DNA of 64,000 bases, from positions 1-64,000 of the IMG/VR virus record IMGVR_UViG_3300010403_000001; one strand, 5' to 3'. Both the position numbers and the translations under genes were made by a program. The stretch comes from a virus. Positions 57,322 through 64,000 of this stretch are shown in pieces. The notes beneath the pieces were generated by a model, which was given only the letters and a program-made list of their open reading frames with translations, made no database searches and was not told where the DNA came from. Every line of letters begins with the position of its first letter. Within the stretch, counting starts at the first letter, position 1.

Positions 57322-58116
57322 CTATTGTGTGACGCCGTTGATAATCGAGAAGAGTAATTCTCTGGTTCCACCATCAGCAACAAACTCACGTAGATCTTTT
57401 GCTGGTGGTATGAATTTCCTGACCTGACATTTCAGTGTGCTGGCCAACTTCTGAGCTCCACGAAGTCCAGGGGTATCGTTATCACAACAGATATAGACTG
57501 TCTTTATTTTGAGGATACCAATCACCTGGCCAACCATATCTTCCTGACCCTGGCAGGCATGCCGGCCGATGGCGTAGAGGCCGAGGCTTAATGCTGCAGC
57601 GGTATCTGTGGGTCCCTCACAGATGAACAGATCGCCGTTGGGTAAACCAACGTGACCGAATGGAATGAATAATCCTGCGTGGCTACCTTTTACCGCCCAC
57701 TTTTCGCCAGCATCATTTCGCAGACGGATACCAACCACTCTACCAGTTGGCAGATACATTGGGAACGCATAAGCCTGATAAGGTTTGGCGTAGACTGTCC
57801 CGAGCTCATTGAGTGCACGTACCCCGAGTTTAAGGTGTTCAGCCAGTGTATGAATGCGGTCAATTGAATTGCTACGCCAACTCTCAAGTAGAGCAACGAA
57901 ATCCGGTGATGGTTCATATTGTTTCTTTTGTCGTTTTACAAAAAGTGGTGGGGGGCCAGCGTGGTCGAACGGATGCCACCAGCCGCCGTTGTGCATCTGA
58001 CGCTGGCTCTCCACCCGCATACAACACGAGCCACGTTCATTGAAGGTACACCAATCAGCATGATCGCATATCCTGCAATGTTCGTGTCGTGATACTCGTG
58101 TCCATTCCTCTAGCGT
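57322..58116 (-). CDS. Primase with N-terminal zinc finger and Toprim domain (proposed ACG start)
   Basis: In-frame extension WTRVSRHEHCRICDHADWC; ICEGPTDTAA and CCDNDTPG. Confidence 0.8.
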   Translation of the reverse strand, partial: TLEEWTRVSRHEHCRICDHADWCTFNERGSCCMRVESQRQMHNGGWWHPFDHAGPPPLFVKRQKKQYEPSPDFVALLESWRSNSIDRIHTLAEHLKLGVRALNELGTVYAKPYQAYAFPMYLPTGRVVGIRLRNDAGEKWAVKGSHAGLFIPFGHVGLPNGDLFICEGPTDTAAALSLGLYAIGRHACQGQEDMVGQVIGILKIKTVYICCDNDTPGLRGAQKLASTLKCQVRKFIPPAKDLREFVADGGTRELLFSIINGVTQ

Positions 58117-58295
58117 AGTATCCCCCTTACCCGCTTCACCTCATCACGAAATAGTCTGGACAACGCATTACCACTGATCAGTTCGTAATTGCTCTCCAGT
58201 TTATCAGCCAGCTGATCTAATGTTTCAGCGAACAGTGGATGTCGCTTACCTTTTGATCCACGGGTGTATTTTGATTTTGTTTTAGTTGTTTTCAT
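58110..58295 (-). CDS. Small hypothetical protein
   Basis: ATGA-coupled to the helicase. Confidence 0.5.
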   Translation of the reverse strand: MKTTKTKSKYTRGSKGKRHPLFAETLDQLADKLESNYELISGNALSRLFRDEVKRVRGILR

Positions 58296-59944
58296 ACTGC
58301 TACTGGTCTCCTCCAGTGGTTCTTTGCCAACCCATCAAGTAATTGGCTGGCCTCCGCTCTGGTTAAATTCTTCGTGTCATATCCAAATCTACTAAGTGTG
58401 GCGCATTGCTTGTATGAGGCCAGCTTATTCTCCCATCGATAAAACAAACTGTTAATAACCTGCCGCCCTTGGGTGTAGGAGAGCGTGTCTGGGTCTATCC
58501 CCTGCTTAAGTAACAACGCTCGTTGTTTTTCACTTAAGCTTTTGCCCAAATCCCAGCCACGCTCCCTACTAGGCACCATACCAAACGCAGTAAAAGGATC
58601 AATCGATCGCGTAGAGTATTTTACCTTGGCCATTAATCTAGCCCTACGCGCCATGATGCGTTGTTCCTCCAGCTTCTTTTGTGTCCGAATCTCTTCTACC
58701 GCTTCTTCCAGTGCCTCGTCCATCCGCACACGTCCTTCTCGCGCTTTACGGATGGCCAGCTCCACAACCTCGTCACCGACATTCCCCCCAAGGATATCAG
58801 CAGAGGTTACCAACCGGTGCTTACCGGAATTACCAACGAAATCGATTATAAGGGCGCTGGGCTTCGCGCTGCCTTCAATGGCTGTCCGTCTACCATCCTT
58901 GTCCGAAATGTTATCTACGAGCCCAGGTAGAGGCCGCAAGACCCGTCCTGCCATTTGTGCATAAAGACTGCGGCTCTTTGTTGGCCTGGCCATGACTACA
59001 ATACTGGCAGCCGGAACATCAACCCCCTCAGTGATCACTCCGACATTACAGATTACCTGCAGATCACCTTTACGAAATCTTTTCATCAACTCACGCCGAT
59101 CATGTTTCGGTGTTTTAGCACTAACCCAATCAGCCATTCCATCCTTATGACGATTAAAGATATTGCACGCCAGTTCGGCATGCTTGACGCTTGCCGTAAA
59201 GACTATCGTTTGCTTATCGCCCTCGATAATCTCTATGGTAGCACCGACAACACCTTGGAGGTTTTTTTCCGCCTCCATTATGACCGCAAGATCGGAGTTG
59301 TTAAGATCCCCAGCCGTGGTACGAATATTACTATAGTCCAGGCCTTCGATCTCGACCATCTGCTGATCGATGGGAACAAGCCACCCATCGTGGATGGCAT
59401 CTAATATTCCGTAGTCATCTGCTACGGTGTCGAAGATTTGTCCCAACGCTTCCTCATCTGCTCTGTCAGGAGTTGCTGTAACACCCAATATACGAATATC
59501 AGGGTTACGTTTAAAGTAATCAATAATACTGCGATAACTAGCAGCAGTTGAGTGATGACATTCATCGATAATCAAACGTCCAAATTCATGTGGGGAGAAA
59601 CGATGCATTCGTCGTTTGTCGCCCTGTCCAGATATGAGGGTCTGCACAGTGGCGACAACGACGGGTGCACCAGCATACTCAGTGGATGCTGAATCCATTT
59701 CAGCCATTTCGATATCACAGAACAGCCCTGCCTGTTCCTGAACACGTTCCTGGATTTGGAATATCAGCTCTTCCCTGTGAGCCAATACCAGACTACGAAG
59801 TGGCTGACTCCTACTGATGACAGCGGTAAGGGTTGTTGTCTTACCTGTGCCAGTAGGATGGGAGATCAATGTCGATCGGTTGTCTTTCCATTCATTGAAA
59901 ATGGAATCAACCGCCCGAGATTGATAATCCCGTAGAGCAATCAT
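58292..59944 (-). CDS. SF2 DExH-box helicase
   Basis: LRDYQ, PTGTGKT, DECHH, TATPDR, TEGVD, QMAGRVLR. Confidence 0.95.
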   Translation of the reverse strand: MIALRDYQSRAVDSIFNEWKDNRSTLISHPTGTGKTTTLTAVISRSQPLRSLVLAHREELIFQIQERVQEQAGLFCDIEMAEMDSASTEYAGAPVVVATVQTLISGQGDKRRMHRFSPHEFGRLIIDECHHSTAASYRSIIDYFKRNPDIRILGVTATPDRADEEALGQIFDTVADDYGILDAIHDGWLVPIDQQMVEIEGLDYSNIRTTAGDLNNSDLAVIMEAEKNLQGVVGATIEIIEGDKQTIVFTASVKHAELACNIFNRHKDGMADWVSAKTPKHDRRELMKRFRKGDLQVICNVGVITEGVDVPAASIVVMARPTKSRSLYAQMAGRVLRPLPGLVDNISDKDGRRTAIEGSAKPSALIIDFVGNSGKHRLVTSADILGGNVGDEVVELAIRKAREGRVRMDEALEEAVEEIRTQKKLEEQRIMARRARLMAKVKYSTRSIDPFTAFGMVPSRERGWDLGKSLSEKQRALLLKQGIDPDTLSYTQGRQVINSLFYRWENKLASYKQCATLSRFGYDTKNLTRAEASQLLDGLAKNHWRRPVAV

Positions 59945-60816
59945 TTGTCCAGCTTTTTAACTGCCATTGAACGCATCACTCTGGCTTCCTCAGGAAGTGC
60001 ATGTTCCCATCGAAACTCACTAATAACACCACGCCCCTTACAGAGAGTGCAGCTCTCGGGTATCCTACCCTGACATGTTGTGCACACCACGTATGGTATC
60101 GCACACTTAAAGGCCTGATAGAGATTCCCTAATTCTACCCTGGCCCAATTGAGATTCACCTCACAGTACATAGGATCTTTACGAACCTGCAATTCTTCGG
60201 CCAGGGTTTTCAGTTTGGAGAGCTGTTTCAGTATGTCTTTTACTTCATCGGCCCGATTCCAATATGGCAATGCGGGTTCCGGAATGGGATATCCGAGGGC
60301 GTCACGAAAACCGTTAGGTTTCTCCCGAGCAATTTCTTTCTCTGCCTGCGATATGGTTTTCTTGCCTTCCTCTACTTCTCTGGCTTTCTTTGCAGATCGA
60401 GCTAACAGACGTTTGGCATTCTTAGCTGTAGACTTACTTACCCCTGCAGCCTTCGCTACCTCGGATACGGAGACCGAATTATTACCACCAGATGGACGAC
60501 CCGGTGGTTTCCAGCCCATTATGTCTGAGGTTAATTTTGCAACAACCATGGCCCTTTGTGATTGTGTCAGATGCCTGCGACTTACATTCATGCTGACCAC
60601 AAACAAGAGCGGGTTTTGATCGCTGTCTAATTCCTTGAATCTCGGTTTAATCTTAAACCGTTTACAAGCCAGGTATCGATTACGACCATCGAGGACCTTC
60701 CCCTCGTATGTCGTGATCGCAATCCTGAGTCCGTTTTCTTTAATGTCCTTCCCTAGCTCATCGAGCTCGTGTCCAGGTAGGATTGGTAGAATCTCTGATA
60801 ATGGATGGAATTTCAT
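59941..60816 (-). CDS. ParB-N domain protein with C-terminal Cys cluster
   Basis: DIKENGL..VLDGRNRY..NVSRRHLTQSQRA; CTTC..CTLC. Confidence 0.8.
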   Translation of the reverse strand: MKFHPLSEILPILPGHELDELGKDIKENGLRIAITTYEGKVLDGRNRYLACKRFKIKPRFKELDSDQNPLLFVVSMNVSRRHLTQSQRAMVVAKLTSDIMGWKPPGRPSGGNNSVSVSEVAKAAGVSKSTAKNAKRLLARSAKKAREVEEGKKTISQAEKEIAREKPNGFRDALGYPIPEPALPYWNRADEVKDILKQLSKLKTLAEELQVRKDPMYCEVNLNWARVELGNLYQAFKCAIPYVVCTTCQGRIPESCTLCKGRGVISEFRWEHALPEEARVMRSMAVKKLDK

Positions 60817-61067
60817 TATATGTTGGTTGTTGAATACCAGGTCGTATTTGCTGACCCTAGGTAGGTTACGGTTGTTGTTGGGAATTGGCCATAGCCAGTG
60901 CTTGTCGATACCGACTGAAGGGTATTCATTTGCTGCAGTTGTCTCCGCATATAGATCTCTTCATCCGTGGATGATTTGGGTTTTCCTTTCACGGCATCGA
61001 TGATGGCCTGCTTAATTTCCTGCGGTGATAGTTTCTTTGCGTATTTGAGTAGGTCTTTGGGTAACAT
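60816..61067 (-). CDS. LPKDLLKYA-family small protein
   Basis: Shared N-terminal module. Confidence 0.6.
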   Translation of the reverse strand: MLPKDLLKYAKKLSPQEIKQAIIDAVKGKPKSSTDEEIYMRRQLQQMNTLQSVSTSTGYGQFPTTTVTYLGSANTTWYSTTNI

Positions 61068-61073
61068 AATTAT

Positions 61074-61397
61074 TTAAATGCGTTTGGTGTAAACACTTCC
61101 ACTCCCTGTGGCATGGAATATGACCTTTTCGGGAGATGGTATCTTATCGATTTTCTTGAATCCAATCTTGTCTTTGACGTAAAGACCACCAGTATCATCT
61201 ACCCAATTCCAGGTGAATTCGATGGTATCGCCGTTAACAACATTGATTGGATTACTTAAACCGAATCGGCCAATCGGATCTGAATAATCTACTCTGCTGG
61301 CAGATACATATTCCTTAGTGGCCTCAAGGATACTACGTTCGGCTTCTAACCCATTTATCTGGACGGCGTATTTTAGAATGTCCTTTGGTAGTATCAT
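61074..61397 (-). CDS. LPKDILKYA-family small protein
   Basis: Start refined to the ATGA overlap at 61397. Confidence 0.6.
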   Translation of the reverse strand: MILPKDILKYAVQINGLEAERSILEATKEYVSASRVDYSDPIGRFGLSNPINVVNGDTIEFTWNWVDDTGGLYVKDKIGFKKIDKIPSPEKVIFHATGSGSVYTKRI

Positions 61398-61678
61398 TGC
61401 CATACAGTGGTCATGGCGTATGTTGAGAAAGAGGTCATTGGCCATGACGTTGCTGACCATGCCGTTGATGTTGAACCTATCATGGTGTTATGCTGCATCC
61501 ATTGAGATGTATTATTTGAGTGGGAGTAAAGGGAATGTTTCTTTACTGCATCCATGACCTGTTTCTCAGCTTCCTCCCCAGAGAACATCCTGGCATGCAC
61601 CAGAATATCCTTGGGGAGGAGCTGCCTCTGAGGCTCTTCCTTGGCAAGTCCAACCTTCATAAGCCAAGGATTAGCCAT
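61394..61678 (-). CDS. LPKDIL-family small protein
   Basis: LLPKDILVHA..EAEKQVMDAVK. Confidence 0.6.
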   Translation of the reverse strand: MANPWLMKVGLAKEEPQRQLLPKDILVHARMFSGEEAEKQVMDAVKKHSLYSHSNNTSQWMQHNTMIGSTSTAWSATSWPMTSFSTYAMTTVWQ

Positions 61679-62160
61679 TAACCCTCGTTTTCCTTGAGGA
61701 TATCTTCAATCTTAACATCATCGTCCCACTGAGCGATGAAGTACCGGTTTTCGCATCCAGTAATGCGACCCAACAGGATTGGGTCAGGCACAACTGTCAC
61801 TGACTTTATCGTGGCCACTTCGAAAGAATCAAAGCAATCCAATGCTTTGGCTTCCCTTAGTTTGCCCAAAGCTTCGGCAGGTGGCACTTCCTGATATTGT
61901 TCGATCGGGGTAAATGCCAGGGTCTGGTAGGTATAAATGGAACCCCATTTGTTCTTACCATCCTGCGTTGTGCTCTTAGCTTTTAGCTCTTCGTTAAACC
62001 GAGTGATATGATCTGGTGTTATCACCCTGAAATGCTCAAACGCGATTCGCATCTTGCGAGCGAGCTCACGCTTGGCTTTCACGTTGCTGGCTGCTGCTTT
62101 AAATCCGAGCTCTTCCAGCTCACAAGCTCGGACTGTTGGTGTTTCTACTGTTTCCGTCAT
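61678..62160 (-). CDS. Phage protein, paralog of 13778..14311
   Basis: RYFIAQWDDDVKIEDILKENEG. Confidence 0.8.
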   Translation of the reverse strand: MTETVETPTVRACELEELGFKAAASNVKAKRELARKMRIAFEHFRVITPDHITRFNEELKAKSTTQDGKNKWGSIYTYQTLAFTPIEQYQEVPPAEALGKLREAKALDCFDSFEVATIKSVTVVPDPILLGRITGCENRYFIAQWDDDVKIEDILKENEG

Positions 62161-62906
62161 TTGTTTTTTCCTTTCATTGCTAATTCCAGATTGATCTGGT
62201 CTATGTCTGATTCTACGGGGACGACACCTGGCGGGGTTGGTACTCCACCATGTTCGGCTAAATCTTGACCATGCAATGCCTCTTTAACTTCCACGGCAGC
62301 TGCTTCTCGGGATGCTTGTCTGTCCATAATGGATTGCTCGTTGGCTTGCTCCATTTCCTCTGAGGTATACAATCCACTCAGTTCCTGCGGGAAAGCTTTG
62401 CGTAGAGCTAGAGCCTCAGCAACTTTGGCGATCATTACTTCCGGCATCTTACTCCAGAATTCGTTTAGCTTCCCTTCCTTGGTTAGGACAGCATAGCTCT
62501 TAAACTTGGCTACGCCATATGTTGGCTCTTTGAAATTAATACGCCACACACCGACCCTGGCAGCTATTGGAGGTGCTTCCGGAACCCACACATCTTTCCA
62601 TATCCCATCAGATGCGCACCATTCCGGTGTAGTTTGGCCACCATAGTTACCTGTTCGCTCAGCTACCAACCGGAATCCATCGATCGATACCTGGATGGTT
62701 ATTGTATACTTTTTCTGAGCAGTGCTCCAGCGCCTGACTGCATAGATCTGCCGGGTCAATGGGTCGAGGCCAGTGCGCTGGCATTGATAGAGGAACAGCC
62801 GCACTTCATCATTGGTTACATCCCTCGGGAGTGCCGTTCGGATTAAATCTTTATACTCTTGCGTGAACTCACTTGGGCTTGCTTTTACTGCTTGTTTTTT
62901 GGGCAT
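62157..62906 (-). CDS. bet: Single-strand annealing recombinase (Bet/RecT family)
   Basis: FLYQCQRTGLDPLTRQIY, VSIDGFR..AERTG, WSKMPEVMIAKVAEALALRKAFP. Confidence 0.9.
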   Translation of the reverse strand: MPKKQAVKASPSEFTQEYKDLIRTALPRDVTNDEVRLFLYQCQRTGLDPLTRQIYAVRRWSTAQKKYTITIQVSIDGFRLVAERTGNYGGQTTPEWCASDGIWKDVWVPEAPPIAARVGVWRINFKEPTYGVAKFKSYAVLTKEGKLNEFWSKMPEVMIAKVAEALALRKAFPQELSGLYTSEEMEQANEQSIMDRQASREAAAVEVKEALHGQDLAEHGGVPTPPGVVPVESDIDQINLELAMKGKNK

Positions 62907-62929
62907 TGTTACGGGTTTTTGGTTTTGGG

Positions 62930-62953
62930 AAAAGGGGTAATATTACCCCTTTT
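62930..62953. promoter_or_regulatory. Operator-like palindrome, copy 4 (perfect 24 bp)
   Basis: AAAAGGGGTAATATTACCCCTTTT, 23 nt upstream of the bet start. Confidence 0.65.
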
Positions 62954-63094
62954 TCTGAGTGGCTCTCCCTAGCTACGAAGGCTTCCAGGGAGTCAAAAAT
63001 GGTGCACTTTTTGGCGTCGACTGCTGGGAGGAAACTGCCTGTGTATTCTGGCACTTGTATCCAGCCGTTGGATACTCGCCAGAACTGGATTTTG

Positions 63095-63454
63095 TCAGGC
63101 ACAGCTAGATAATTGGGCCAGAGAAAAACTCAAGTCAATACTTTTTTTCAGGTTTTTTTTCCGCTGCGAAATCATTGCCATGACTTCCGTCTCCATCAGG
63201 TCGGCCGGCAGGCTTTCCAGAATATCATGGCAAGGATTGCAACAGAGCACGACGATTCCGAGCTCATGTGGCTTCAGGAATCGTCGCTTCTTCGCATGGG
63301 CAAATCCCAATGCGTTATCTCCCCAGCAAGTGCCGGGATACCTTAGTTCGCATGAGGTAATTCCCCAGGATAGGAATTTAACCTTTAGCTTTGCTCGTTC
63401 TTTCTCCCACTGCAGGGTGCGCTTCCCACGTTTTGGCAGTGGGCTACGTTGCAT
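63095..63454 (-). CDS. Small HNH-like zinc-binding protein
   Basis: SCEL...C...FAHAKKR...LCCNPCHD. Confidence 0.55.
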   Translation of the reverse strand: MQRSPLPKRGKRTLQWEKERAKLKVKFLSWGITSCELRYPGTCWGDNALGFAHAKKRRFLKPHELGIVVLCCNPCHDILESLPADLMETEVMAMISQRKKNLKKSIDLSFSLAQLSSCA

Positions 63455-63652
63455 CGTTAGCCACCGAATCTATCAGGTGGATATTGGTATCCCGGCGCAT
63501 GCTGCCGTTCTTCTTCCTGATTGTCCGCGACCCGCTCCTTCCGGCGCATTTCTCTCGTCCTAGTACCAAATAGACGTAAGATAGATTCGCAGATGTTATC
63601 ACCCTGTCTGCCACCAAGCAGATCACGGAAGGTAAACCCAGGCATAAACTAC

Positions 63653-63958
63653 TTAGGGCTGCGGATTGGGAACGATGTCCGCCAATTGCTGCGCTTGTGG
63701 TTGAACGGAAGTCACTTTGTCGTTCAATGCAGTCACAATGGCTTCTTGCTCAGGTGTGAGCGTTGTGTTCTGCAACTGTCCGATGAGATTAATAATCTCG
63801 GTGAACGCTTCGGTGAGTTTCGTTCCGATGTCGTCGAGTTTTGTATTTGCGTCGGTGAGAATCTGGACTGCTTCTTGTAATGTCATAAGGATTTTACTAA
63901 TTTGAATTAATACTGCGGTGAATGCTACAAGTTGTAGCAGTAAAAGAAAGTTTGTCAT
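63653..63958 (-). CDS. Membrane-anchored coiled-coil protein
   Basis: N-terminal TM followed by heptad repeats. Confidence 0.55.
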   Translation of the reverse strand: MTNFLLLLQLVAFTAVLIQISKILMTLQEAVQILTDANTKLDDIGTKLTEAFTEIINLIGQLQNTTLTPEQEAIVTALNDKVTSVQPQAQQLADIVPNPQP

Positions 63959-64000
63959 CTAAAGAAAAATTAAGCAAATGGATGCCAACAATGTTAGCAC

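Noticed and set aside
1-64000. Integrase, att site, IS element, DGR or retron
   Set aside because: No recombinase, transposase or reverse-transcriptase motifs were recognised in this window.
1-64000. Alternative genetic code (stop-codon reassignment)
   Set aside because: Core genes such as terminase, portal, capsid and helicase are intact under the standard bacterial code.

Overview
This window is a 64-kb internal segment of a tailed dsDNA phage or prophage with a lambda-like head module: gpA-type terminase, lambda-family portal, gpW-like adaptor, protease/scaffold, decoration protein and major capsid. The minus strand carries the backbone, read right to left: recombination/replication (Bet/RecT, ParB-like, SF2 helicase, Toprim primase), terminase, KH/SWIM/RusA/phosphatase/FkbM/GT9 genes, portal, a ~12-kb block of unusual basic proteins, head, neck and tail genes, and a tape measure that runs off the left edge. 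About nine plus-strand islands of small accessory genes (AAA ATPases, Tad1-like sponge, SLOG, SPFH, C2H2 zinc fingers, zincin, paralog families) are interleaved between backbone genes. The most notable observations are: (1) six genes between portal and protease encode modular polyproteins punctuated by about 17 copies of an L-D-x-x-I-x-F-like motif, with cargo including a ParB-like domain, a LigD phosphoesterase plus ATP-dependent ligase, a HiPIP-like Cys domain and glycine-zipper helices, and one of them begins with a copy of the capsid protein N-terminus; (2) a TTGACA-N14-17-start codon signature precedes ten late-gene starts, including a nested scaffold start; (3) two structured non-coding RNAs with tRNA anticodon-arm mimics, one also carrying a heptamer-repeat track, flank a small operon; (4) two genes appear to start at ACG; (5) a RusA-like resolvase appears split over two overlapping frames; (6) a palindromic operator occurs four times. 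Family assignments come from motif recognition by eye, not database searches, and the host cannot be determined from this window.
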